Below, piece by piece: positions 26,055-40,315 of a stretch of 64,000 bases of DNA. The stretch comes from Podarcis liolepis (lineage: Eukaryota). Location of the stretch: the NCBI GenBank assembly GCA_965112155.1, contig OZ218109.1. One strand, written 5' to 3'. The notes below the pieces were generated by a model. It had not been told where the DNA came from, made no database searches, and saw nothing but the letters and a program-made list of their open reading frames with translations. Position 1 is the stretch's first letter, and each line of letters opens with the position of its first letter. Position numbers and translations under genes: made by a program.

Positions 26055-26254
26055 GGCGACCAATGAGAGAGCGGCGGAGGGCCCTTCTCCCCTGGGACCC
26101 GCCGCCACCGAACCAGCAAAGTTACAAACAACACCCCCCAGCCGCCGTATCTCAGCCGCCGCCGGAGCCCGGCAGATGGATGGCAACTTGGAAACAGCGG
26201 TTATCGTCCTCTGTGCCAAAAAGCTGGAGGCGGGGGGAAGGCTAGAGAGGAATT

Positions 26255-26256
<2 letters not shown>

Positions 26257-26300
<44 letters not shown>
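26257..26300. repeat. (GT)n microsatellite upstream of HOXA6
   Basis: Direct read. Confidence 0.95.
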
Positions 26301-26301
<1 letters not shown>

Positions 26302-26728
26302 GTTGTATAGATAAATAAATCAAGGTGATTGTAGACACCCAGAGCACAGCCCCGCTGGCATCTGTAAGCAAAAGAGGCACCTCTGCAAAGTTAGGGTGTC
26401 TAGACTGAAGGCGTTATGAAGCAGCACCCAGGAAACTCCCCATTGCCCCCTCTCCATTGATTCTCCCGCCAGGACCCCTCAGCCTCCCCCCTCCCCGGAA
26501 GATGAAAGCAAGGCAGCCGGTTGGTTGATTTATGTGGTATCTAAGAATTTTAAAAATATAATAAGAAAATGTCAAACAAGTTCGAAAACGGGAACTTCTG
26601 TTCACTGATCGGATTAAAAAGAGACCACCTCAGTTAAAAGCTTCCATTGTTTTCACATATTCCTAGTCCGGGGTGGGGCGGGGAGAATAAGCTTAGTCAT
26701 ACAAGGCTTCCCAAAATGTTTAGATTCA

Positions 26729-26730
<2 letters not shown>

Positions 26731-26799
<69 letters not shown>
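26731..26799. repeat. (TAA)23 microsatellite
   Basis: Direct read. Confidence 0.95.
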
Positions 26800-26803
<4 letters not shown>

Positions 26804-27487
26804 TATCGAATACCGCTTAGCCTAGTTTTATTTGGTTAGTAAGAAAACACGCGCACGCAGATACGTCTCTCTGCAATAATTCTTCTTCTTTGAGCCTCTT
26901 GGTGGCTGAGGAAAATAATCTCGTCTGTTAAGCTTGACCCAGACAATTTTAATAGTAATTCGGAAAGCAGGAAAGAAGTGAGGATGTCTCGACGTGGTTG
27001 TTATTGTGTGTTGGCAGTGGGTGGTGTGTGTTTTTGTTATTGTTTTTGGCAAAGGAATCCTCTCGAAAGTAGCTGAGGACAAGACATCAGAAGCTTTGAA
27101 AAGGCTGAATCATTCCGGCAAGGACAGGCTTGTTTTTCTTGTTGACATTTTTTAACTCGTCAAGGAATATATCTGCAGCTTTAGTCCTTGTTTTTGTCTC
27201 AGTCTGGCAGGCAGAGGGGAAACCCGTCATGGCGAACTTTGCACAAATACCCTTTATCGCCAGTACTTTGGGTGGGGGGGGGGGCTGCCCCTTTTCATCT
27301 TTATATTTAACCTGGCTGTTGTGGACTCCCCCAGACATCACCTAGCAAGCACCACACTGTAATCCCTCCCCCACAAACGTGGTGGAAATTTTAGGGTGAT
27401 GAATAGAAGGCGGTACGCCTAGGCCTAAGGTAGCAGAGGTACTAATGCTAACATCTGATAGATCCACGCTTTTAATACATTTGATTC

Positions 27488-27567
27488 ATTTCTAAGCAGG
27501 TTTACTCAGAAGTAAGTCCCCCCCCTGAGCCCATTAGGACTTTGGTCCCAAGTAAAGTGTCTTTAGG
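27488..27567. mobile_element. MITE-like repeat copy
   Basis: GTTTACTCAGAAGTAAGTCCC core. Confidence 0.55.
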
Positions 27568-30500
27568 GCAGAGGCCCACAAAATGGTTTCTGTGCCAATT
27601 GCCTGGGTAGCGATTTACACTTCCCTCCACAAGACTCGAGTTTTTGAATGGGCGCTTTAAAAACTATCCCTCAATTGGCTTGAAAGCCGTGAGCTTTGTC
27701 CCAGTTGCAATCTGGTTTGTTTCATTTCCGGAGTCCCATTACGGGATCTATAAAACAGCAGTAAGTTAAAACGTCTCCCCACCGTGTGCATTGTTTGCGC
27801 CCCTCATCGGGGTTTCACAGGCAACTCTCGATTACCTCCAATAATGGCGAGTGCTTTCAAAGGACTTCCCCAATCTTTCCGCTAAAAGGTTACCTATAAA
27901 TGCAATCGATAGTATAGGTGGGAGAGCTCAGAAGCAGAGGAACAGGAAGCTAACCATTCGCCGAGAACAACAAAAAATGAGTAAATCACGTTTCAAACAT
28001 TTTTACAGTGCAGCTATATAACGTCAGGATGCACAAGGCGCTTGAAAGTGGGAAACTTCATACGGTTGAAGGACAGGTAAAACATTTCTTCATTCTCTAT
28101 TAATATTTTCAGGAAGTTGTGCTGGGGTTCCCCATCCCATCAGTTTTAATGAACCAAAATGCCACTCTCAAATTATCCTGCAAAGACCAGCAGCCAGGAA
28201 AAATACAAACTGTAGGGAAGTGTCTGTAAATTCAGCGCAATATAACGAAGGCATCTCCCTCATTTTTCTTTTACTCCTTTTACTCACCAAGAACCAAATA
28301 AAGCAGAATTAAAAGTACGAAAGTGCATGCAACGCTCACCAGGTCTCTTAACGAGGTTATTTAGCAAGATGCAATGTAATAATAACAATGTCATGGTTGC
28401 ATTCCAATGTACAAATATATATATATATCAAGGTCTGCCAGTAGAAAAAGTCGCCCCTCCCCAGCTAGAGGTTCCGAGACCCACATCTGCTAAGCAGAAG
28501 CCTTGCCATAGACTGCAGCTTCTCAAATGAACCCAGACAAGCTCCCGGAGACACATTCCTGACCGAAGCAAGGTAAACAGCTGGAGTGGCCCCGTTTAAA
28601 AGAAAACATGCAAAACTCCAAAACTTTTTTTAAAAAAATATATAGCAGTACCCATCGATTTAAAATGTGTGACTACCCGTTTAACAGTGCGAGGTTTCCC
28701 CCCATCCACCCCCTTTGCTCTCGGGCTTTCATTCAATCGAAGCCATAAGTCAAACAAAGTTAGAATACAGGTGCGGGGGGCAGTTACCCTCTTAAGCTTA
28801 AAAGCTCCGTTTCCCTAAGGTATAAATCCACTTGCAAATCCTTCTTAGGTTCAGAGGTGTAACAGAAAGCAACATTTAGCTAACAGCCGCTAATCCAAAC
28901 AGTTCTCGCAATCCCAGCTATTGTTTAGACTGGACGTGTTAGTAGCCCTTCCTGGTCCTTCCAATTCACCACGCCAAAACATTCAGTTCAACAACAATAT
29001 CTTTCCGGGGTGTCCCCTTCAAATCCCGTCTGCCACGTAAATGTTTTTAAGCTCTCGCGGAAAAAGAATCCTTAAAGCGATACGGCTTGAGGTGGGCAAC
29101 TGAAGGCCGATTTTTACAAATAGAGTTTTCCAATGGAGAACCACCCGCTACGTTCTGCGGGTGTGTGTGTGTTTGTATGTGTGTGTGTGTGTGATACTGG
29201 CGGTTGCCCCAGCTCACTCTGCGTCCAGTACCACCTTCAACCACACAGTGGCAGCACTGAGTACACTCCACTTGGCGATAAATAATCCGACATTCACTGC
29301 GGTTGCAGTCAGCCAGATACTGCAATGCAATGCACACGTAATTCTTTATCAGCTCGGAGAAGTGGGGGGGGGGGGACACCCATCGTTCTGAACACATAAG
29401 ATAATTGCTTCTCATCTTTAACAACTGAAATGAATATTTGAAGATATGCAATCCGAAATATTTTCCTCCCAGAAAACCATTTTAAGGAGACGACACAAAA
29501 TGGGCGCATCACACAAAATTACGTACCCTTACGAAAATATTGCTTCACCACATCCCTCCACCTATACCAATTTTGAGGATAATTTTCTATTATTTCATTA
29601 ACCTGTTTTTCTCTCACATCCACACAAACACTCCCCCGTCTCCACCAAACAAAAAGCCTCATTTTGTGATTCTGAAGTAAGCTTCCTTATTGCATTTAAT
29701 CCTTAGTTATCATTAAGGAACAAGCTGCATTTCGGGACTTTAAAAAGCTCCTAATGTTATCCAGGCGCCATACGATATACGTGACTACCATGCTATTGTA
29801 CGTACATCTTCATCCGAAGATGGAGCAATCCAGTGCATGCATAATCTATCCTCTGACGTTACCGGAATTAATTTCCACCTAACATCTAAAATGAAGCGAT
29901 AAGTTCCTAAACTCTCTATTTACATTGACAGATCTCATAGCAACAACAACCACGCATTAAACACACAAAAAGTCAAAACGCACCCGCTTTGCTAAAATAC
30001 ACATTTTAGAACCATTCCAGCTCTGCCTTACTATCAACGCAACATTTAATGAGACGGTTTCTAAAATCTCCCGTGGCTTCAAAAAAATACAGGTTATTCT
30101 TAAGCAAATGTAGCTGCAGCCGGTGTTAAAATAGCATATCTACAGGCTCACTAGCAGTTCTGGTCTGTTTTGATTGCACCCGGCACAATCCAGAAAGCTT
30201 AGAGAGTCAATTGGCACCATCGCACCTTTGGCGGATCAACATTCTATGTCTAATCTGTTTCAGAGAAGGATGCTCATTTTCCAGGTTTGTCTAGTCTAAT
30301 GTTATAACAGAGGTTGCTTGCTCATGCTGGTAGTTCTCTGAATTTCTCACCTTTTTAGGTTCTGGCTTGCAGGAGCCCCTGCTACTTTGACAGCTGTCGC
30401 TTTGGCTGCACCGGAGACGAATCGCCCTCCTTTTGGTGCCAGAAGAAGCAGGAAATTAGCCAGGTTGCGAGTTGAAAATCTGCCACTCCAGCGCTTTGAA

Positions 30501-30724
30501 TCCAATATGCCACACCTTCCGGCGGAGGAACTGGAAATTGCCATCCAAGACCTGCGTTCTAGGCGACTGCCTGCTCTGAACCTCCATCCACCCGGCTCCC
30601 TATTGACTTACAAAGGACAAATGAAAATCGGGGGTGGTGGAGGTGGGGGGGGGGGACTGAAAAGCCAGAGAGATCCGAAGCAGGACAGAGCTGAGCAAAA
30701 GAATGCAGCTCTATTCTCGCCAGG

Positions 30725-30860
30725 GAAATTATAAAAAAGTTCATGTTCACGGTTGCCATCCACATGACCATCGGCAACCAATGGAGGAACGGAACCACTC
30801 ATAAAGTTGTATTGCAAAGTTGTAAATTTTCATAAACAACAACGGATTTATGGCTCTTTC
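30725..30860 (-). promoter_or_regulatory. Conserved HOXA7-HOXA6 intergenic element / distal promoter (four-cluster-sequence-like)
   Basis: Contains TTATAAAAA, CACATG, CCAAT and several CATAAA/TTTATGG Cdx-Hox sites. A strong minus-strand donor AAG|GTGAGA lies downstream at 30351/30350. Confidence 0.6.
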
Positions 30861-31060
30861 CTCCTCACTAAGAAAGAGGCAGGACTTAGAGAGGCGCCAT
30901 TTTACCAGAGAGGCAAGCTCTAGATTTTTTAAAGGACCCACAGTCTGGACAATTTTTGAATTGTATTTTATAATAGGGGGAATATTAAAACTGTGCCACA
31001 CGCTTTTAACAGAGCAGCAGGAAATCTGCCCTTATTCACTCACCACTCTTATTTATCTTT

Positions 31061-31062
<2 letters not shown>

Positions 31063-31110
<48 letters not shown>
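31063..31110. repeat. (AT)n microsatellite
   Basis: Direct read. Confidence 0.95.
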
Positions 31111-31116
<6 letters not shown>

Positions 31117-32775
31117 TAGCACTCAGTTTTGCTTTAAATGAATAAAAGGGGGGCGGGGAGAAAAATTGCTCGTAGGAGAAATATTTTGGGAATATGCTAT
31201 GGAAATAGGTTCTATACGTGTTATATCTTTGCTAATGGCATTGTCCTTAATTCCGTGTTCCGGGGGCTACCGTGCACCCTCCAGACGGCGCCTTAAAGAG
31301 CCTTATAGTCATTCCATTCCAGAAATTTCAGTGACTTCCTCTCCAAAGTGCGGACTATACCAGCTTATATATACCTCGCGAGATGCGTTTGAAAAACAAA
31401 TCATGAATTAGTTAATTAGGACCTACTTCGAAATCAGATGTATGTTTTCCAACGAACCAGTAGACTCATCTTAAGCAAAATCTCTCTTTTATATCCCCAT
31501 TATACTATGGGGAAGGAACTCTGATTGGAATCCACGAGATTTCCGCCCAAGTAATATTTGGGTTGCTTGCTGGGTGGCTAGCAGCCTGCTCGCTCATTCT
31601 CATATATAAAGTAGATCACTGTGAGAGCAGATTTTCGTGATTATATTAGCATTCATTTCCAAGTACCAGGTTGAGAGAGTTATCGTTAGTTTCTTTGGGT
31701 TGTTTTGTATATACTCGGGACTTTCGCATTTGGATGCGGGTCTGCATGTGTGCCTAGACGTGTATATAAATGTTTATATAGATATGTAACTTTTAATAAT
31801 AAAAAAGAGAGGATATTTTGTCAACAAGCATTTTTTTTATTTCTGTGTAACATAAAACACATCGAACGTGGGCGATACACGACAGCACCTCCGAAGAGTA
31901 TTCACGCAGACGCACACACACACACGCACTTCCCGCCCCCTTCAATTTTAACACGAGATACCTCAATGTTCACAGTGGAAAAACACATTGTAACGTACAT
32001 TTTATGAATAAAGTTTAGCCAAAACTTTCAAGGCAGAATTTATTTATACAGAGTTGCCAACGTTGCTTCATGCTACAAAGTTTGCCTAACCAAGTACAGG
32101 CTTCCCAGCAGATGACATGGTATATTTATCAATGAGGTCCAAGAAAATCAGAAATGGCTCAAGCCTCCCTCGACCCAATATACAATATTCGTTCTTTGTT
32201 ATGAAAATCAACGCTGCTTCCGACTTAACACATTCTGGCAATAGGGAGAAGGGAATAAGGTGGCCGAGAATAGGTATATGTGGCCGGTGCTTAAATTCAC
32301 ATCTTTTTTTTTTTCAATTTGTTGCTTTGTGTGTTTTTCAGTTGCATCAAGCAGAATGGTAGAAAACTCAAAAGGGAACACTAAATCGGCCTTGAGCAGA
32401 GCCGCACAAAAAGGACGCGATGAAACCGCTTTGTACAAATCCATTGCGATGGTTTAACCTCCATCAAATTCGGCCTAGCGAAGACTTGTGTGACGAAAGC
32501 TTACATTGCAGCATATTGTTTCCACTTAATAACAGCCTTAGAATAAATATATTATTATTATTATTTAAAAACTTTAAATTATACTCAACAATACCAGGCA
32601 TCAAATCCTGTGGCGGACTTGGGAAGGCCTCCCATTTAAATTGTTTTCCCTTTTATACCTTATGCGCTACGCTTCAGGTCCTGCAAGGAAGGTCCGCTTT
32701 AAGTATTGTCATCTTTCCTTTTTGCATTAATAAAATACAGCATAATTTTGAAGATAGGTAGGCGGAGCTAGATAA

Positions 32776-33032
32776 TAGGTAGTTTGGAAAATAGGTAGTA
32801 CAAATCACTGCAGCTGAGTGTAGTGGTTTAGTCATTGTTTTCTCCCGCATGGAATTCGAAATTCCCCACCCACCCCCAAATCCTTCTTCAGGTTATTTTA
32901 AACAAAGAAACAACAACAAAAAATTTCAGTAACTGGGAGTACATCGATCCTCAGCGTAAATTAGGTAGTTTGAGTGTGAGCCTAATGCACTTATCCCTTA
33001 GCGATTGATTGGGACCAGTACAGTCAGGTAGT
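32776..33032 (-). promoter_or_regulatory. Four miR-196 seed-match sites in the HOXA7 3'UTR
   Basis: ACUACCUA 8-mers at 32776-32783, 32792-32799 and 32962-32969, and an ACUACCU 7-mer at 33026-33032. HOXA7 is an established miR-196 target. Confidence 0.8.
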
Positions 33033-33479
33033 TTATTTGGAAGTTAAACTATATGCGGCTCCCCAGCGTTTTTTCCCCTTTTTCTTTTTCTTATTATGTG
33101 CAAGTTACGACACCCCCCTCCCCTCACAGATATCAGGGCGGGGAGAAAAATCTATCCGTCTATCATGTAACAAAAAATAATAACACAACAGGTCTGGACA
33201 TTCACAGCCAAACTGGTCCGGGTGTTCAAGTGATAATTTTACTCTTAGTTTACACAGAGCTGTGTCTCGGATGCTCTGGGAATGCGGAAGGGCCAGTCGA
33301 GGTGAACTCACCTCTCCCCCCATCCCTTATAATTGGAATTGGCGATTGCAAGGGTCTCCTTTTTAAATAGATTTTAATTATTATTTGAAGAGAGCGTTTA
33401 CAATGTCACGTGCATACAGAAGACGAGCGCTGGGCTCCAGCGAGCGAGAGCCCGGGAGAGGGGGGGGGGAGTTGTCCGT

Positions 33480-33896
<417 letters not shown>

Positions 33897-33907
33897 CTAT
33901 TTCCTAT

Positions 33908-33940
<33 letters not shown>

Positions 33941-34007
33941 AACACACGAATCCCCCCCCCATAAATAAATAAATAAATAAATATTTCGGAACAGGACAGC
34001 AACACTT

Positions 34008-34085
34008 CAATCTTGCTCATGCCTACTCAGAAGTAAGCTCCATTGAGTCCAGCAAGGCGTAACTTCCTGGCCAGTGGGTAGAAGC
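34008..34085. mobile_element. MITE-like repeat copy in the HOXA7 intron
   Basis: CATGCCTACTCAGAAGTAAGCTCCATTGAG core. Confidence 0.55.
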
Positions 34086-34820
34086 TGACCGTCCAATTCT
34101 GAGACACGTCTACTCGGAAGCAAATCCCACCGACTTCCTGCACAGTATATTAAAAACTGAAGGCTTAGCTTTCCCTCAAGTGCCCGGGGCAAAGGCGACA
34201 AACCGGGTGGGTGGAGGAATTCGGGTTTTAACCAGGTAGTTTAAATAAATAAACCCAGGCGGGGGGGAAAGAGGGCGACTGACTGAAAGCAAACTCTCTC
34301 CGGTTTGCCCGCCACATTCCAGACTCTGGCGGAAGTCAAAGCGGTGTCTGGAACTCAGGGCTCGCTTTTGCTCCCAGTTAAAAGAGCAGGTCTTCCTGTC
34401 CTCCCGCAAAATTAACTGCAGGTTCGGGTTTGCATCGCTCCAATAACCCATTTCTTTATTGACATGCCTACCACTGACCGTCTATATTTCTTGCGGAAGG
34501 TGGGTCAGATTAATAATAGGGAATCAAACGTTCTCGCTCACTCCAAAAGAGAAAGCTCCATTTCCCCCCCATATTTTTTTCCCTCTCTCTCTGATACGTC
34601 CCCCACCCCAGTCCGCACCCCCGGCTCTTCTCTCACTCAGCATTACTCCCCCCCCCGCTCCTTCGCCAGTGCGGGCGAGGAGAAGCGAGTCTCTCCCCCT
34701 GCCAGTCTCGGGGCACCTTCGCCATCACCCTTCCCATATTTCCCTAGGGCCCCGACCAAAAATTCAACCCAACGCTCCCATTCCATATCAGGGGAGGGAA
34801 AGAGAAAGAGGGAGAGAGAG

Positions 34821-34890
34821 TTAAATAAATTTACGAGGCTAGAACCCATTAATTGGGCAATAAAAAGTTTTATGAGACTCATTTACATAC
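34821..34890. promoter_or_regulatory. HB1-type Hox/Cdx binding cluster in the HOXA7 intron
   Basis: TTTACGA, CCATTAATTGG, CAATAAAA and TTTTATGA occur within 70 bp. Corresponds to the known conserved HOXA7 intron element. Confidence 0.7.
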
Positions 34891-35137
34891 AATGCCACGG
34901 GCTTTCTGCGCAATGGCGCCGCTTGCTCTAATTAAAAGCAGGCAGGCAGGGCAGGCGCGCGCGCGCTCCTTGCGTGGAAGTTGCCCCCGCACCCGCGTGG
35001 AAGTTGCCATTCGCCTGCTTGGCAGCGCTTTCAATCCAACGCCCCCCCCCCCTCAGCCCGGCCTTCCCCGCCCGCATCTCGGTTTTGTCCCCCACCCCCC
35101 ACCCCCCTTCCTTCCTTCCTTCCTTCCTCCCCCATAC

Positions 35138-35516
35138 CTGAAGATCTCATCCAGGGGTATATCCGGAAATTACTCTCCGCCTGGCTGTGCAGGTTGCTGT
35201 CCTCCGCTTTGTCACAGCTGGGTTTGGTTAAGTCATTGCAAAGGACGGGAATGTTCTGATCAAAAGAGGAGCAATGCAGGTTGTAGGCATCGGAGCCCAG
35301 GCTGTATCCGGAAGAGAACGGGCTTTGATATATGGTGCTGTTCACGTTGTACAAGGCAGGCATGGAGGAGGTGAACGCGCTAGCGCCTGGTCCATAGCCG
35401 CTTCTCTGCGAGTTGGTAGCAAAGGAGCAAGACGTGGGCTCCGCATTTTGGAAGAGAGAAGCAGCCCCCGTCGTATATTTGCTAAAAAGAGCGTTCACAT
35501 AATACGAAGAACTCAT
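35138..35516 (-). CDS. HOXA7: Homeobox protein Hox-A7, coding exon 1 (joined CDS 231 aa)
   Basis: MSSSYYVNALFSKYT...NFRIYPWMRSS. Donor G|GTATGG; 379 nt, phase 1. Confidence 0.97.
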
Positions 35517-36288
35517 AATTTTGACCGGTGATTTGTGGTCCGGTAGGCTTCCGTGTCGGTTTTACGAGGTAGCGTGATATATGATAACATTACACCCCCA
35601 GATTTACACCAAACCCCATTTTCTTTTGGACTGAGCTGCCTCCACCACGTGACCAGTCATATGACCCCATCCTCCAATCTCCTCCTGCATCACAGGTGGT
35701 ATAGATCAGGGTGGCTCACAAGGTCCTATGATGGAAGGGGAAGAGGATCGAGCCGACGCCTGGCCGATTCGAAGGCGAGGGGGAGACTTGGCCGCTCGGG
35801 CAGCTCCAACGGGGCCCGGGTTCCCGGAGAGGCTCCGGATAAAGCCGAGGGAGCGCCGAGATCAGCCCCGAGGCAGAGGGAGCTAGAATAAGAAACGTCA
35901 ACCCAGTGTTTTGAAATACACATTTCCCTCTTTGCATCTTTATTCTCTCTGCCCCTTTTCTCCTTGTCTTTTCTTTTTTTAAGGGGAGGAAAAGGCATTT
36001 CTGTTCTTCTCCTGCATATACCCCACTCCTCAGCCATATTTCCTGCAGAGCTGGAAATAAACCACAAACACAACTCTGAGTTTCCATGTATATTTCCTGT
36101 TTGTTTTTCTTGTTTCTTATCTCTCTCCGCCTTTCAGCTCTTCCATATTCCGAAAGGGAAGGGATAGAACTGCGGGAGGGAAAGCACATTAAAAAAAAAA
36201 TACAAAGGCAAGGTGCCCATAAAAATACCCCCATAGTAAAAACCACCACCACCATTATGCAGGATGTGTTATCTGCCTCTGTCTATCT

Positions 36289-36291
<3 letters not shown>

Positions 36292-36329
<38 letters not shown>
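36292..36329. repeat. (GT)n microsatellite
   Basis: Direct read. Confidence 0.95.
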
Positions 36330-36332
<3 letters not shown>

Positions 36333-39300
36333 AATGAACTCATTTGGCAAATCCTTCTGTATCCTGCTCACATTTATTTTTCCTCAGGAAAGGAAAGAAT
36401 GAAATATTTATATGAGAGGCTTCCCAATTTGCTCGCAGATTTATTAAGATATTGACAGACATATTCGGCTAATCGCTGCTGGCGAGATGAGTGAAGGGTT
36501 GCTAAATACGTGTTCTATCATCTCTCTCTCCCTCTTTTGCCAAATTCTCTTCCTCAGCAACAAAACACAAATAGAGAAAAAGCACAGCATATCTGAGGGA
36601 GGACGGGTGGNNNNNNNNNNNNNNNNNNNNNNNNNNNNNNNNNNNNNNNNNNNNNNNNNNNNNNNNNNNNNNNNNNNNNNNNNNNNNNNNNNNNNNNNNN
36701 NNNNNNNNNNNNNNNNNNNNNNNNNNNNNNNNNNNNNNNNNNNNNNNNNNTGCCTGTTCCTTTTACTCCAGGAAGGTTTATATCCAGGAGGGAGTTTTGT
36801 TTTGTTTTGTTTTTGTTTTTCGGTGATAATGCAGCCGGTCTGCCTTTACTGGTGCGGATTTCTTCTATGCATTAGCATGCATATTTCAGCCACTCCCCCC
36901 CCCAAAAAAATGATACAGTGGGAAATAAAATAAAAACAAACGGACTTTCAGCACCTCTTATTTTAAAAAAAAAAATCGAAGAGACTTGGGATGCGGACTC
37001 AGGTTTCTTTGTTTCATCCTGGCTTCTTCTTTCTCCTCCCCCGCCCCGGGGTAAATAAATACCTACCTCTGACTTTATGTGGTGGTGTTGGTGGTGACGA
37101 GAGCGGTGGCATGTGTCTGTGTGTCCGTCCCAGATCTCGGATAAGGCAGCTCCTTAATTTCTAAACACTCGGCCCCCACTAAGCAATAAGAGGACACGCC
37201 ATTGAGGATGTTGCGCCCTACCCTTCCTTTAAAACGGATCGTAAAACTAGTTTCCTTCCCTCAGACGGGGGAGTTTTGGTAAAGACAGCTTTTACTGCCC
37301 TGCTATATTGCACACCATAAACTGGAAGGAGGACAATGAGATTGCCCCGGAAATTCTCCCTTTAGATTATAGAGTTTGGTATCCTGTGTGTACAAAGAGG
37401 TTCTCACCAGTTTAAAATTATGCCTGGCCCATATTTCGCAGGGACCCTTCAGAGGGGCACATTTTGGCAACCCATGGGAGGGAAGGGGGGGAGGGCTCAG
37501 CTAAGGGGCCTGAGGAGGCCCGGGTGCAACAGGGGCTGGAGAGAGGTGTTGGTGTACAGTTTTGGAAAGGAAGAACATTATTATCATGAACTCGTCTTCA
37601 CAATCAGTGATATGGACTGGAGCCGGTCCTGGGCGCGGAGACCGCCCTTCGAGGTTTACTTTGCTATTCCTAGGAGAGAACAGTCTGGTTGCATCGACAG
37701 ACGTCTTTGGTTTTCATTCCGCCAAGATCGGTCAAGGCACCAAGATGGCTGTCAAACCCAAAGGAAGAAAATGTGTGTGTTGGGGGGGGAGAGAGAGAGG
37801 CGTGTGATGCAAGATTGAGGGGCTACAATAATAATAATACCCCCTTAAAAAATAACCTTGAAATTTTAAGAAAGAAAGAAAAGCCTCCTGAGAAAAATAA
37901 AAGAGGACTAAGAAGTTAGAAGGGAAGGCGAAAGAAAACCTGCCAAAGACGACGAGCCAGATCAAAGAAGCGGAATTAGACGGCATTCTGCCAATAAATT
38001 GCTCCTCTGGTGACAACGCAGCCAAGATGCCAGAAGAAAGCAGCAGCAAACAGAACCGACAGTCTAGACTTGGGTATTGATAAGAGCAAGACAGAATTTT
38101 ATCGATGAGTCTTTAAAGGACACCGTTAAGTGCAACTAGCTTTGAGGCCGAGGTCTGGGAGGATCAAACCGCACACTGCTTTCTTAGACGTGTGTGTGTG
38201 TCTCAGTTCTGCTGGGATTATATAAATATATTTTAAAATCGCGTTTGCCTAAAGTCACTTCTTGGAAACGCTGCTTAGACGCTTCTTAAACGCTGAGAAG
38301 ACCATCTCTCTCACACACACACCCGTTGTCCACGGCCTACCCTCCAGGAAATAGGGCGTTTTATAATAAAGTCTCAGGACTAACCCTCGCTAAACGGAAT
38401 GTCCCTTCGCAATGAGCTCCGAATCACCTCCAAAGTATAGACTTCCAGTATAAATAGCAAAAAAGAGGGGGGAAATGATTATTCACTTCTAAGCCATGTT
38501 TCCTGGACATATTACCGGTACATGAATGCGGAAATTTAATGGTGTCCAGTTTTCGAAGATGCCTCTATTCTCCATCCCACTTAAAAATAAAAATAAAAGA
38601 TACTTTGGAATGGATACTGCTTAACTATTTAAAGCTTTCCCTAGGTCACTCATTCCATCCAAAGTGCCCTCTCCGCCCCCTTTAAAAAATTGTAACCTGG
38701 AAACTGCTGCTTTCTAGGTTTCTCTAAACAAACCTCGTTTAAAAACTACCTCCACCCACAGAATAAAAAGTTAAAAAATAACGAGGATGATTTAAAAACA
38801 CACACACCAACTGGTCATTCTGCAGGGTGGTTTATTTTGGGATCAAGCAAAGAATTTTCTGCAATTTGGACTTGAGGTATTATACCGCTCTTTCAGCTGC
38901 TTTCTTCCTCCTTTCTTCCCTCCATTGATCACCCATTGTCCAAATTACTTGCAAAAAATGTATATATTTGTGTTTGCATTTCACTGTAGCTGAAGCCATT
39001 GAGGACAAGCTACATTAAAAGTACACACGAGACAATAAGAATTAACATTAAAAGCTGCCATGACCAGTCCTTCGTTCATATAAACGACATTTTCTACTGG
39101 GGATTTGTATGAAGTAGAGTATATGTAAGTTCCATCCTAAATAAATGCACAATAAATTTCCAGTCTTTTTTAGGAATCCTCCTGGATTCCCACTAAGGAA
39201 TTACAATGAAATACCTTTGATAATCACATTTAGTGGGAAACGTTTGACTGCTAAACGTTCTTTTTCTTTTTTTGCAGGGAAAAAAGACGCAAACTTAAAG

Positions 39301-40236
39301 CATTTCCCCAATAATGTTGTCTTTCTTGGCTCTTAATTTCGGTACAGTAGACACACATTTGTGGTTTAATTGTCTTATTTATTCACAAACATCGAGTCCA
39401 TTCATCTATCTTCCGTATGTATGTTTGTGTATATGGCTCAATTACTAATCGATGGAGCCGTAGANNNNNNNNNNNNNNNNNNNNNNNNNNNNNNNNNNNN
39501 NNNNNNNNNNNNNNNNNNNNNNNNNNNNNNNNNNNNNNNNNNNNNNNNNNNNNNNNNNNNNNNNNNNNNNNNNNNNNNNNNNNNNNNNNNNNNNNNNNNN
39601 NNNNNNNNNNNNNNNNNNNNNNNNNNNNNNNNTGCCGTAAGAGTTCCAGCCTAGATTCGTACAGGCATCTTAGTCATGCGGTGTGTTAGAACTGTTATCA
39701 TCTGCACTGCATAATTAAACCGGGTCCCACAGAGATGAAATTGCTTAAGAAAGCGAGCGGGAGCCTTTAACTGCCTCCAAGACATCTGGTGAAGGAATTC
39801 AGTGGCCGGTAAATAATTTTCAAATTAAATTTTGTTGCCAAGCCACCAACTTAGAGCCTCTGCTTTGGCCCGGCGAAAAGAACGTTGTTTCGGAAAGATT
39901 CTGGCCCAGAGCAGAATGGAGCCAAAGGGAGGGATCTTTGGCTGAATAAGAGATTAAGATGGAGCCATCCATGTTCAGCATCTCAAAAGCTCGCCCATTG
40001 CATTGTGAAAACTCTTTGCTCCTAATAAATACTTTTTTAAGAAAATTGATCGGAGCATTTTTTTAAAAAATAAAATAAAAAAACCCACGTCTAACTGTGT
40101 GTTGTTGTTCTTTTTAAATACACACTGAGCATGTTTCTTTAACAACTCCGCCGCGTTTCAGTCACCAGCATCCGCATTCCAAGCGCTTTGAGATTCCCGG
40201 CTATAAAAATTGCTTATGCGGCCTCAGTATAGCGTA

Positions 40237-40315
40237 GTGCAGTCCTATACAGGTCTACTCTGAAGTAAGAAGCCTTGCTGCATTCACTGGGGCAGATTCC
40301 CAGGTAGATTGCCTA
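40237..40315. mobile_element. MITE-like repeat copy
   Basis: GTGCAGTCCTATACAGGTCTACTCTGAAGTAAG core. Confidence 0.5.

Noticed and set aside
30347-30544. 65-aa ORF inside the candidate distal first exon
   Set aside because: It reaches the donor in phase 2, which is incompatible with the phase-1 homeobox exons, and no homology is recognisable.
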